Below, piece by piece: positions 26,031-38,124 of a stretch of DNA of 64,000 nucleotides (positions within the stretch are counted from its first letter, which is position 1; each line of letters opens with the position of its first letter). The stretch comes from Vicugna vicugna (lineage: Eukaryota): the NCBI GenBank assembly GCA_013265495.1, contig MU061538.1, positions 2,191,339 through 2,255,338 of the forward strand. Direction: 5' to 3'. Position numbers and translations under genes: made by a program. The notes under the pieces are model-generated. The model made no database searches. It worked only from the letters and a program-made list of their open reading frames with translations, and had not been told where the DNA came from.

Positions 26031-29000
26031 CCTTACAGAATCTTAGACATTCGCAGTGTGTGTTTCCACAGGTTTTGTTCCCAGAAACTTAAGAAGGTCA
26101 TTTCACTCAATTTTTCCTAAACTTATTTGTCTGTAGATACAGAACCCTTATGTTCATGTGGGAGCTATTAACATTTCTTGGAATTAGGGGTTTTATGAAG
26201 CACCTTGGAAAGGGGCCGGTTTAGGAGCTATCCTGTCCACCAGGGCTGGGCTGGAGGGCTGCGTGCGGTGCAGGGCGGGCGAGGAGTTAGTCGGAGAGCG
26301 TCCGTCGGAGGACCCCCTGGCACACCTGCAGTGAGGAGCAGCCTCGCCTGCCCTGCGCTGGGTACTTCAGACTGTTCCTTCTGGTCCCTTCTTGCGCAGG
26401 TGGATGTTAACGCAGAGGCAGGCCCAGTGGCTGAGGGCGTTGGTGTCAGGACAGGTTTCATTCTCTTCCTGGGGTGGAATCTGTGGAGGAAGCAGTCTTG
26501 TCAGTGTCCTGGTGGGGCCCTAGGCCCCCATCCTACACCGAAATGCTCTCCCCCGACCGCAGATCCCTCTGGGGACACTTTCTTCTCCTTTTTCTCCTTC
26601 TATGGCTTCAACTGATGTCTTAAAGGCCGTTTTTCAGTGTATAAAAGTGTTGTGGGGAGCCCCTCCCCACCCCAGACCCTGAGAACGGCCTGGAATCTAC
26701 GAAGGGGAGCAGGGCTGGAGCTGTTTGTTGGCATCCTCTTATCCAGGCAAAGCCCTGCACACGCCCTCAGCACCAGCGTGTCTCCGCTGGGCGTTCCCGT
26801 GAAGTGTCAGAAGACTCTCTTCTCCTGTGGAGCTTGGGCCCAGGCAGGAAGAGATTTGGGTTTGACAAGTTGTTCTACTTCATAAAAATGTACTTTTTCT
26901 GCCCTACGTGGAGCATCAGGGAAACCAGATGTATCCCTTCGAATATTTATGGTCTCACAGCTTCTTCCATGAATAATTCATCACACGTTGTACTGTCTGC
27001 CCATCAACAGGGCTGCACAGGCGAGCAGGATCAGAACCCCCTCCCTCCCCCTGGACGTCCCAGTACCCGAAGCAGACAGATGGGGAGCTGCATGCCTTGC
27101 TTGGATCACCCTGTGCAAGATAATAAAACACACTTTGTTGGAATTTTCTGCAACAAGCCTTCATTACTGTAATAAATCACAGGGTTGGGGGAGGCGGCAG
27201 TCATCAGGAAAGAAGCATCGCTTCCCAGCCAAACTTCTCAGAGGAACATTTGGCTGCTTTTGTCGTTGTGGGGCCAAATATTGTTGCTAAATTAAGTCTG
27301 TTTTGCATACATAAGGAAGCTTTCTGCCCTGTATAAGTTAGCTCTGTCTCCAGCTTCTGTAGCTCTCAAAATTGCAAACACCTTTGTTTCTGATTCTAAA
27401 TTGTGATCGCCGCAAGAATGTCAGAAGATATTTTAAAAGTTGAGATAAAAAGTCACCTGTAATCCTACATGTAGAGACCAATACCCTGTATGTCTCACTT
27501 TATAACTTTCTAGAATATACAGCCCTACGTGCATAAATATGTACTTCAAATCAGAAGTAGTGTCATACTGTGAGCTCTTGTCAGTTCTTTCAGTAGAGAC
27601 GCATCGTGGTCCTCGTTTCCTGTAATTCACACGCGGTATGACGGCTTCATGACCCTCCATTGTATGTATCGTTCTCTCACCAAATTCCCTACTGATTAAT
27701 AACAACATTACTTCCACTTTTCTCCGTTCTTCAAAGAGCGCTGTGATGAGTACTCTGGTGTTGCGATGCTGTGTGATGGGAGTCCCTTCTCCACTAGTGC
27801 CTCCGTCCCCATCCTGTTGGGCGGATGCCCGCGCCTGCACGTCTCACCTCGTCCACTGCGATCCGGTGGATGTGGGCCGGCAGGTGATGACGTTTCCATC
27901 ATTCTGCCTAAAGGGTATGGGCTCTCCTCCATGGTAAGACACAGGAGCAGAAGCGGTTCGGATGGACAGCTGGATGGCCACGCCCAGACCCTTCCCTGTG
28001 GGGTCAGTGTCCTGCTCCAGGAAAGTAGTCACAGAATCACCCTGCGGGGACCTCACAGAGCCTTTGTGATGGGATTTTTTTTGAATTGAAGGTTTGAGCA
28101 CTTGGGATCCTAGCCCTGAGCACTGGAGTTTGATGCTGTACATGAAATGAGTTTTTCTGATGTTGATGGCTATCCAGGTGGTTTTCTCAAGGACGTATAG
28201 CAAGTGTGTCAGAGCATTCAGCAACAGAAGTGAACAGAGCAGGGTCACACAAGCCCCAGGAAGGCCGGGCACGTGGTGTCACGGCACCCTGCCTCCCGCG
28301 CTTCTGCTGCCCCGCGCTGTGCCCATCTGCCATCCCCCGTGGACGCTGGCCTCCCTTGACTCCTCACGTCACAGCCCACTCAGGCTGGGCTCATCAAGAC
28401 GTTTTGAAGACTTGACGTCCCTCCGATGGAATTCTCCTAAACACTAGGCCCTGTCACCGCTCAGAGGCCGCTGGCTGTGTGCCTTCAGACACGGGACCCC
28501 AGATAGAGACGAGTCTTGTCTCGATCTTACATCTCAGGGGCTTGATCTGACTTCATGAACAGGCGTCTCGGTTGGCAGGTCTCCACCTCTTCCGTTCTCT
28601 CCCCAGCCCTCAGCGTGGGAAAACGAAATCCTATTAGAACCTTAATCTCTGCATCTTAGAAAGAAATGATCTTGCATTAGGATGTAAAATAGTTCCAACT
28701 CCTAGGTACTAACTTCACTTCAGAACAAGATGTTACTTTTCAAGGCTCAGCCGAAGACTCTTTCCAAAGAAAAGATCCCACCCTGCTAAGTGAAGTTCAT
28801 TCTTCCCCTCCAGCAAAACTGAAAACAAACAAGGAACCCAAGAAATAGCTTCCTGAAGACGTCAGTATTTCCGGGTCAGTTTCTTAGCCGGACTTGGTAT
28901 CAGAGTCCTCAGACACAACCACCACCTTCTCAAAAATGCCTTCTTTTCTGAATGGAAAGCTTTTCTGAGCTTCGTGGGGACACGTCCCCAGTGTGGGGGT

Positions 29001-29458
29001 GGGAGGAACAAGTAGAATGCACATCTGCTCAAGCATTTGTTAAAAAGGAGCCAGATGGACCTGCAAGAGTATTGAGGCGGTTTCCACTCCCATCAGCTGG
29101 GAATGAGGATACTTGTGACCATCTCAGCACTGGGCAGGGTTCCTTTTTGCCAATGTGTTACAGTTTTTTCAACTTGCTGATTCTTTTCTTAACTAAAAGA
29201 TTGAGTATTATTTAAATAACATACTGTTCTTTATAATAAATCGCATAGTATTGGTGGTGCGTAATTTTTTGAGCTGCCTACTTACACTCTCAGCTCTGTT
29301 TTCCATTTGGGTGTTTTTCTGGTGTAAGACATTTAGCTGATGGAAAGCCATGAAAACCATGACAATCTAATGTAAGTTATATGTAATTAAATGAGATCAC
29401 CATGAGTCAGAAACTCAGAAACTCAGAATGGAAGCAGGAAAGTATTAAGGCCTGAAGT

Positions 29459-29940
29459 TGTTGACAAAAGATCAGCCCCCGTCCCTGATGAGCCGGGCTG
29501 AAACTCAGAGACGGGGTCTTGGAGCTTAGAAAAGAAACAGCTTTATTACTGTGCCGGGCAAAGGGGACTCACAGCAGGCGAGTGCCTTCAAAAGCGTGAA
29601 CCCCACTTGGGGATGGGGCGGGTGATTATACAGCCATGGCTCGAATGATATAACATTCGTAACAATCAACAGAATCGTTTTCTTCCCATGAGACTCAGAG
29701 TGGCTTCATGGTGTCTCCAGGTGACCAGTTCTACAGAGGCTAGCGGTTGTCACTTGTCACTTTTTCGATCTCTTTATCTGCAAGTGCCCAAGGTGTGGTC
29801 TTCTTCGTATTTGGCCTGTTTTGTAAGGTTACAGTTCGTGACCTTCTCCCTAGAGAACAACTCAGAAACCAAGTATGAGTATCCCTTTTGATGACTGGAG
29901 TGAAGCAGAAACAGCAAAATTAACAGCTTTATTTTAACAA
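29459..29940 (-). mobile_element. ERV-type solo LTR
   Basis: TG...CA ends; reverse-strand poly(A) signal (tttatt near 29543) followed by the gccgggcaaagggg context typical of ERV1 LTRs. No clear TSD. Confidence 0.6.
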
Positions 29941-31869
29941 TGGGCCTGGAACTGTGAGTAGCAACCGGTCAGTAGGTCAGTTGAACATTTTAACGGCAAG
30001 TGTAAGAATAAGCAATCTGTCAGCCTGAATGTGGCCGTTTTATTAGTTCTCCTTCAAAGTGGGCACTTATCAAACTCAGGAAAAGAAGAAAATGACAAAG
30101 TTAGATCAGAGATGAATACTGAATTACAAAGATAAGCAATGGAGATGACACAGAACCAAAAGCACAGCGAGGAGCATACCGGAGAAGCATAAGAAACGCC
30201 CAGGGGAAGAAGAAAAGGAAATTGGTCAGAGAGTCCACAGCACAGAACCCCAGCAAAGAGGGCCCAACGTGCGGACAAGTGGAGTCCTTCAGCAGTAGAA
30301 GGCAATGGAAGAGATTACTTAGAGTTTAATTCAGGGAAGTTTTTCTGAAATAGAAGATTGATCTGAATAAACATCTCGAAAGGTCCTACTCCCAGGCAGC
30401 TGGGAGAATTGAAATATCCACTCTGAAATACAACCTAACAAAACAAATTTTGAAGATTAAAAAAAAAATCCCTAGGACTCCTTGCCAAAAGGAGAATAAA
30501 GAAAATTAGGCTGGCATCCGACTGCAGTATCACCATACATTGGAAGGCAGTGCAACATTTCAGGAAAGTTAAAGACAGAAAGCAGGCCTTTATTAAAAGG
30601 TACAACAAGGGAACAGTTCAGGAAGCAAGAAATTTAGAGTTTTAAAGATTAGATCATAGTTGAGAAAATTCATCTGTGGGCCAAGTCTGCCGCCTATTCT
30701 TGTGTGACACACTAGCTAAGAGTGGTTTTTACATGGATGGAAAAAGTCAAAAGAATAATACTTCATGATGTGTGAAAATTATATGAAATCCAAATTTCTG
30801 TGTCCATAGTTTTTTTCATTAATGGATTTTATTTTTTTAGAGCAGTTACAGATTTACAGAAGAATTGAGCAGAAAATACAGAGTTCCCACATAGCCCTCC
30901 CCACCCACACATATATACTCCCCTGCCCTCAACATCCCGCATCAGTGTGGCATATTTGGGACAATCAATGAACCAACATAGACACATTATTATCAACCAA
31001 AGTCCATAGTTTACATGAAGGTTCACTCTTGACGTTGTACAGTCTATGGGTTTTGACAAATGCATAATGGCCTGTAGCCACCGCTGTAGTATCATACAGA
31101 ATAACTTCATTGCCCTAAAAATCCCTTGTGCCCCATCTGCTCATCCCGCCCTCCATCCCTCTCCCCAGACCCCTGGAAACCACGATCTTTTTATTGTTTC
31201 TGTAGCTGTGCCTCTTCCAGAATGTCCTTTGGTTGGAATCATACAGTTTGTGGCCTTTTCAGACTGGCTTCTTTCACTTAGTAATGTGTCTTTTAAGTTT
31301 CTTCCATGTCTTTCATGGCTTGATATTTTTAATTTTTTTACTGCACATGTATTTTTTAGTTTATGTATATGTATATCATGTGTATATATATAAACATTAT
31401 TTATAATTGCCAAGATACGGAAGCATCCTAAGTGCACATCAGTAGTTGAATAGATAAAGAAGATGCTGCATATATATATGTAACGGAATACAACTCACCC
31501 ATAAGAAAGGATATTTGCCATTTGAGGCCCTTCATTCACTTTTTTTTTCACTTCATAAACCAGAATTTTATAACTGGCATAAACATCTCCATTACATCAA
31601 AAACAACAAAATAGCTAGAAATAAATTTAACCAAGGAGGCTACCTATACTCTGAAAACTGAAATGACACAAAGAAATGGAAAGATTTCTTGTGCTCTTGG
31701 ATGGGAAGAATCCACACTATCCAGATGGCCACACTGCGCAAAGCAACCCACAGATCCAACCCAACCCCCATCAGAATACTCACGACATTCCTCACAGAGT
31801 GGGAACAAGCAATTCCAAAATTTATAAGGAGCCACAGAAGACCCCGAATGGCCAAAGCAATCTTTTGTA

Positions 31870-33730
31870 GGTCTTTTTTTTTTCTCTCCTTTTTGTTCTC
31901 TTTTCTTGTGGTTTGATGACTAGAGAAGGTCCTTTAACATTTGTGGTAAAGCTGGTTTGGTGCTGAAATCGTTCAGCTTTTGTTTATCTGTGAAGCTTTT
32001 GATTTCTCCCTCAAATCTGAACGAGAGCCTTGCTGGGTAGAGTATTCCTGGTTCTAAGTTTCCCCCTTGCATCACTTTAAATACACCTTGCCACTGCCTT
32101 CTGGCCTGAAGGGCTTCTGCTGAGAAATCAGCTGATCACCTACGGGAGCTCCCTTGTATGTTTGTTTCTTTCCTCTTACTGATTTTAATATTTTCTCCTT
32201 GTCCTTAATTGTTGTCAGTTTGATGACTGTGTGCCTTGGTGTGCCCCTCTTTGGGTGGATCCTCTGTGATTTTGGGTGGAACTCTCTGCGCTTCCTGGAC
32301 TTGGGTGACTCTTTCCTTTCCCAAGTTGGGGAATTTTTCAGTGATTCTCTCTCCAAAAATTTTCTCAGGTCCTCTTTTTCTCTCTTCTCTTTCTGGGACT
32401 CCTGTAATGTGAATATTAGAGCGCTTTATTTGTCCCCAGAGTTCTCTTAAATTATCCTCATTCCTTTTCATTCTTTTTTCTTTTTTCTGTTCTGCAGTAG
32501 TGATTTCCACTCATCTGTCTTCTAGCTCACTGATCCGTTCATTCTTCTGCCTCATTTAGTCTGTTCTTGGTTCATTCTAGTGTGTTATTCATTTCAGTGA
32601 TTTTATTCAACTCTGCATATTCTTTATATTTTCCAGTTCTTTGCTAAAAACTTCTCTCTGTGCATCTGTACTCCTCTTGAGGTCCCTGAACATCTTGGCC
32701 ATCGTTACGTTAAACTCTTTCTCAGATAGGTTGCCTATCTCCTCATCACTTATTTCTTCTTCTGGGATTTTATCTTGTACCTTGGCCTGTGAGATATTCC
32801 TTTGCCACCTCATATCGTCTATCCATCTATGTGTTTGTGGATTCCTTTCACAGGCTTTGGGATTATTTTCTTATTTCTGGTACCTGCCCTGGTGGGTGAG
32901 GCTGGTCTAGAGGCTTGTGCAGGTTTCCTGGCAGGAGGAGCTGGTGCCTGCCCACTGCTGGGTGGAGCTTGGTCCTGGAACTCTGGTGGGTAGGGCCGTG
33001 TCTGGAAGCCTTTGTGGCTCAGAAGGTCTGCTGGTGGTTGTGGCTGTGCCCCCACCCTGTGTGTTGACTGGCCTGAGGCTTCCCCACAGGCTGATGGGTG
33101 GGGCTCGGTCTTGGTGCTAATGATCCAGTCAAGATGTCAGCCTCCAGGAAAGCTCATGTAGATGAGCACTCCCTGAATGTCCGCCACCAGCTTTTATGTC
33201 CCCTGGGTGAGCCACAGCTGTCCCCCACGTCCCCAGGAGACCCTCCAGATCCAGCAGGCAGGCCTGGCCCAGGTTCCTGTGACATCACTGCCTCCGTCCC
33301 TGGACCCAGTTCACGCGAGTTTCCATATGCGCTTCCTGAGAGAAGGGAGTCTCCGGTTCCCCCAGTCCCTGGGGCTCCCGGAGCCACGCCCCCTGGCCTT
33401 CAAAACCAGGTGTCCTGGGTGTCTTCCTCTTCCAAATGCCAGAACCCCAGCTGGGGGGGCCTGAGGTGGGGCGCAGAGCTCTCACTCCCGTGGGAGGGCC
33501 TCTGCAGCTTAACAAATCTTCAGCTTATGGCTCGCCCGCCCGGGGGGTATGGAGCCCAATTATGTCACAAGCACCCCCCTCCTACAGTCCTGTCGCGCAT
33601 CCCTCTTTATGTTTCCAGTTGCAGAAGATCTTTTTCACTAGGTTCCAGTCTTTCTGGCATTCAGTTGTGGTTTTGGAGTCGTGAGGAGAGGCCCGCTTGT
33701 GGTCCTACCACTCCACCATCTTGGCTGGAA
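31870..33730 (-). mobile_element. L1 5'UTR and ORF1 remnant
   Basis: ORF1p-like peptides KRNEDNLRELWGQIKRSNIHITGVPE, EKFPNL and TPRHTVIKLTTIKDKEKILKSVR across frameshifts. Confidence 0.88.
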
Positions 33731-34128
33731 GGTAGTTTTTTTTTTTAAGTATAGTCGATTTGCGATATTGTGTTAGTTTCTGGTGTGCAGCATAGTGATT
33801 CAGTTATATATATGTGTATATATTCTTTTTCATTATAGGTTATTACAAGATATGCGTATAATTCTCTGTGCTCCGCAGTAGGTCCTTGTTGTTTATCTGT
33901 TATTTATATAGTAGTGTGTATCTGCTAATCCCAAACTTCTAGTTTATCCTCCCCAACCTTCCCCTTTGGCAGCCACAAGTTTGTTTTCACAGATATCGTA
34001 TGATATCACTTATGTGTGGAAACTAAATAAAAAAATGGCACATGCAGTTTTACTAGAACACAGCCACTTCGATGTTTGTGTTGTGGATGGCAGCCCTGGT
34101 GCTCCAGTGACAAGGTTACTGGTTATGA

Positions 34129-34556
34129 TGTGAAGGAAAAGCCCAGCTGGGCTAACAAGCTAAGTCACAAATCTAAGTGTAACAAGTGTCGGGTTACTGA
34201 TCTGGGTTCTGCTGGGCTAACTCGTAAATCTAAATTAGTAAGTGTCGGTTTGCTGATTCCCTGTTCATGTTTTGCTAGCCAGCTGGATTTTCAAAGAGAC
34301 ATATCTGGCCTTGAAGTGTTGGTTTGCTGCCTCACTGCCTCTACTTTTGTGATAATGACGCTGCTAAAGCTGTTCCATGCCTATTGGCCGAATACCCCAA
34401 GCTTGTACGTAACCCTATAAAACCTCACGTGCACGTCTTGGAGGTGCTCAGAGCTTCGGAGCAGAAGCCCCTCTGAGCCCGCCGGCATAATAAATCTGAG
34501 TACTCCAACCCTCCGAGTGGTGCTTGTTTCTTGGCTGGCCTGTCATTTCCGTAACA
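34129..34556 (+). mobile_element. ERV1-class solo LTR (428 bp)
   Basis: TGTGAAGG...GTAACA termini, 4-bp TSD ATGA (34125-34128 / 34557-34560), TATAAAA at 34416, AATAAA at 34489. Confidence 0.85.
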
Positions 34557-35393
34557 ATGACAGAGACTGTATGACCTGCAAAGCCTAAAATATTTATTCT
34601 TTGGCTCTTTACAGAAAAAGTTTGCAAACACTTGTTTCAATTGAGGCAAGTCCGAATCTCGTGTTGCCCTGAGATTGCTCATTGTAGCATCTCTCCTGAG
34701 GTCTGCGGAAGCTGCGGTTAAATGAGCGGCGAGATCGGTGAAATTGTTTAGAACCACTGTTGGACGATTAGGATTGAGAAGGAGGAATGGCAAGGAGCAG
34801 GGTGCTGCGAAGATGGGATGAAATGTCTCGTCCTTCCGCACCTTTCAGTGTGCTGGCCGCTTGGATTTCTGTGGCTGCTGCAGCTGGAGTACACGGTCCC
34901 GACAGGCTCAGGCTCTGCAGGCAGGTGCGGTGCGCTCCCCATGCGTGCCTGCCCAGCCCCGCTCCTCTGGAGAAGGCGCTGTTGGTGGTGGGTGGGCTCA
35001 CGACCTAGGAGGTGCCCTCTGGACCTGCTCTTGTCTCTGCTGTGGAATGGCCAGGATGGCTTTCTTGCCGGCCTACTGACCTCAGATTAGGGACTGGTCC
35101 CATTTTTCCTCTGGAGATTGTTTGCTGGAACCTGGTGCTGACCTATCTTAGCCATTTATATCTTCGTACCGTCCCTGCCTGTGGCCGCTATCCGTTCATC
35201 ATCCTTCGAGGCACCTATGTGTCGCCTCAGAACAGAGCACAGCAGGTTGTCTCCTTGCACCCCCCTCCCCCAGGTCACATTCTGGACCAGCAGTAACTCT
35301 AGCCCCTCAGCTCTGCTTCTCTGGTTCCATGTTGGACTCAATGCTGAGTTCGCACCGACTGCTGCAGTGCACAGATGCCCAGGACCCTGCTTC

Positions 35394-36036
35394 TGCTGCA
35401 GGAAAACGGATGTGGGGCGTGAGGAGGGCCGAGTCCCAGGCCTCGGTTGAGCCCCTGGGACGTGCCCCGCCAAGTGTGGGTCCTTGGTTTCATGCAGGAA
35501 AGAATTCAAGTGCGAGCCACTGTTGAGTGAAAGGTAGATTTATTTAGAGAGATACATACTGAATAGAGTGTGAGGCAAGAGAAAGGCCAGGAAAGAGATG
35601 TGGGAATCGGGTGCTCAGGTTAAAGTAAAAGTAGGTACACACACCACAGACAGAATGCGGGCGTCCCCAAAGGGGAGAGCGCGAGAAAGGGCCATTAGAT
35701 GTGTTGTTGTCAGTTTTTGTGGTCTCAGTAGCCTCACAGGCCTACAGGTGGGACCATTCCAGCTGCCCTGGGGAAGGGGCTGAGATTCCCAGGAAATGGG
35801 CCACCGCCCATTCTTTGGCCTTTTGCGGTTAGCCCTGGGCTGTCATGACGCCTGCGGGCGTGTTATTTATCATGCTGTTACACTGAGCGTATAATGGAGC
35901 TCGAGGTCTACTAGAAGTTAAACCTCTCAATCCTTAAGGCTGACTGGGAGTTGAGCCTTCCACCATTTTGGTGTTAAATTGCTGTCATTCCTTGAGTGGC
36001 TGTGCCCCGCCCCGCCCCCCCCCCAACCCCGTCTCA
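35394..36036 (-). mobile_element. ERV1-like solo LTR
   Basis: caggaaagaattcaag...gtagatttatttagagag motif, TG...CA ends, near-TSD cttc/cgtc. Confidence 0.65.
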
Positions 36037-36318
36037 CGTCCTCAGTCTCCCGCAGAGTGGCTGAGTCTGAAGCACCCCCGGAAGGCCTGGACCGCAGGGA
36101 CTGTTTGCCTGACCTCACCGCTCACCTCCACGTCCGTTCTCAGTTCCTTCAGTGGGAAAGGCAGAGTTTAGCCTTTCTACTTTTCTTCAAAAAAATTTGA
36201 GAGCTTACTGTGTTCCAGATACGGAACACAGTGTGATAGAGAATCAGTAACATGCTTCTCCTCCGCTGTGGGCTCCAAGTTTCATGGCCAGGCTGCCGGA
36301 GGCTGGAGAGTTAGCCTC

Positions 36319-36696
36319 TGTGATGGTGAATCTTATGTGATATTTGGCCAAATATTAGTCCCGATGTTTCTGTGAAGGTATTTTCCAAGTGGGACTAGCA
36401 TTTAAATCAGCAGGCTTTGCATAAAGCAGATTGCTCTCCATAATGTGGCTGGGCCTCGTCCAATCAGGTGAAGGCCTTAGGAGAGAAAGGTTGAGATTCC
36501 CTGAGGTCAGAAGTGTTTTGGATCCCAGCTGCAACACCAGCTATTCCCTGGGTCTCCAGCCTGCTGGCCGACTATATCCTAGACTTCCAGCCTTATGGTC
36601 ATGTAAGCCAATCAGTCCCTTAAAATCCTCCCCACCCCCGTGTACACACACATGCTCCTATTGATTTTGTTTCTCTGGAGAAATCTGACTAACACA
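36319..36696 (+). mobile_element. MLT2 (ERVL) LTR
   Basis: tgtgatggtgaatcttatgtg start, gggcctcgtccaatcaggtgaaggcctt core, ttctctggagaaatctgactaacaca end. Confidence 0.8.
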
Positions 36697-36798
36697 GCCT
36701 GTCTACTCAAATGAACAAGTTGGGGTCTCCCAACCCTAACTCTGTTACCTAAGAACAGAGTTAGAGGAACTTGGAAACTGCTTTCCTCTCAGAGTTTT

Positions 36799-37317
36799 TG
36801 TTACTGAAGTGCCTGTGCCTGATGCACAGTGAGGCCAAACAAACTGAAGCGTCAGGGTCTGGAGCAGAAGGAGGTTTACTTCCATCCTGTCTCACTGTGG
36901 GTTTTGGAGAAAGGCTTTTATGGGCAGAATTTAGGGGAGGACTGCAGGGTGTGTGCCTTGCTTCTGACTGGTTGGTGGGGAGGTAACAGCAGTGCTCCGT
37001 GAATCCTGGGCTCAGCCTGAAGTTACCAACCTGGGTGGGGGCCTCAGTGCAGGCAGAAGAAGTCGGAGACATTGTTATGTAAATCCCTTGGGGAGGAACC
37101 AGAGCCCTGCCCCCAGGCTGCACTCTTGTTTCTTGATTGTCCCTCCCCTGTCTCTGCACCTCCTCCCTTCTCTGATTAGCAACTCTTCGAATCTGCTCTT
37201 TGGAACTCCGGGAAGGTCCAGGAGGCTGAATGAAGCCTGGGTCCCACCAACAGGACATAGAGGACGCAGAAAATATCTGCACCAGGGAGGACCCCGCGGG
37301 GTCCTGCTCCATTTCAC
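36799..37317 (-). mobile_element. ERV1-like solo LTR
   Basis: tgttactgaa...cacagtgaggccaaacaaactgaa...gggtcctgctccatttca termini and motifs. Confidence 0.65.
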
Positions 37318-37531
37318 TGCCAGGACTGATGTCTTCTCAGAGCTCCTACTCAGAGCTGGGTGGATCCATCCTGTCCTTCTTGCAACAGCCTTAGCCTCCA
37401 GTCCTGGCAGGTGGGTACCTCTCCTGACGAGGGAGAAGCCTGCTTGCCTGGAGGAATAAGGCATGTGAATGTATTGTTTAAAGAGCATGCCAGCTCCTCC
37501 TCAATTTGCATTTTGAGTAAGTAGTGCAGGG

Positions 37532-37900
37532 TGTAGTCAGTGCAGTCACCACAGCACATCCCATGGCCTGGGTGGCTCGTACCACAGAAACGTATCTTCT
37601 GACAGTTCTGGAGGCTGGGAGCTCAAGGTCAAGGTTTCAGCTGATTCGGTGTCTGGTGAGCGCGCCCTTCCTGGTGCAGGTGTCACCTTGTACTGTGTGC
37701 TCACATGACCTGTCTGTTGTGTGTGTGCGCAGAGACTGCAGACTCTCTGTGTGTGTTCTTCAGGGGCCCGACCCTCACGGCCTCATCTGACCCTGGTCAC
37801 CTCCCCAAAGTCCTCCCTGCAAAGACCATTACGCTGGGGGTTAAGGCTTCCATACATGCACTTGTCTGCGTGTGAGGGATGGGGGACACTCAGTCCATAA
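37532..37900. mobile_element. MLT1 (MaLR) LTR
   Basis: acagttctggaggctgggag...caaggtcaagg and tgggggttaaggcttc...gacactcagtccataa motifs. Confidence 0.75.
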
Positions 37901-38086
37901 TAAGGAGTTTGCACCTTAAGATAAAAGTTGGGAAACAAAGTTTACGTAGATGAGAAGGTACAGACATAGATGAAGTGGAGGACAAGGCTTAGCTGGGTGA
38001 AATCTGATTTTGTCCTTCCTTGGAACCGGCTCCAATGACCGCTGTAGAAAGTAGCTGGCAATGTGTTGTTGAAATATCAGAGAGGA

Positions 38087-38124
<38 letters not shown>

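Larger units (their letters stand above)
30655..34635. mobile_element. MER58-like hAT element split by nested L1 fragments and an LTR
   Basis: MER58-like pieces at ~30655-30810, ~34045-34080 and ~34560-34635 (gcaaagcctaaaatattta...tttacagaaaaagtttgc) flank the insertions. Confidence 0.6.
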
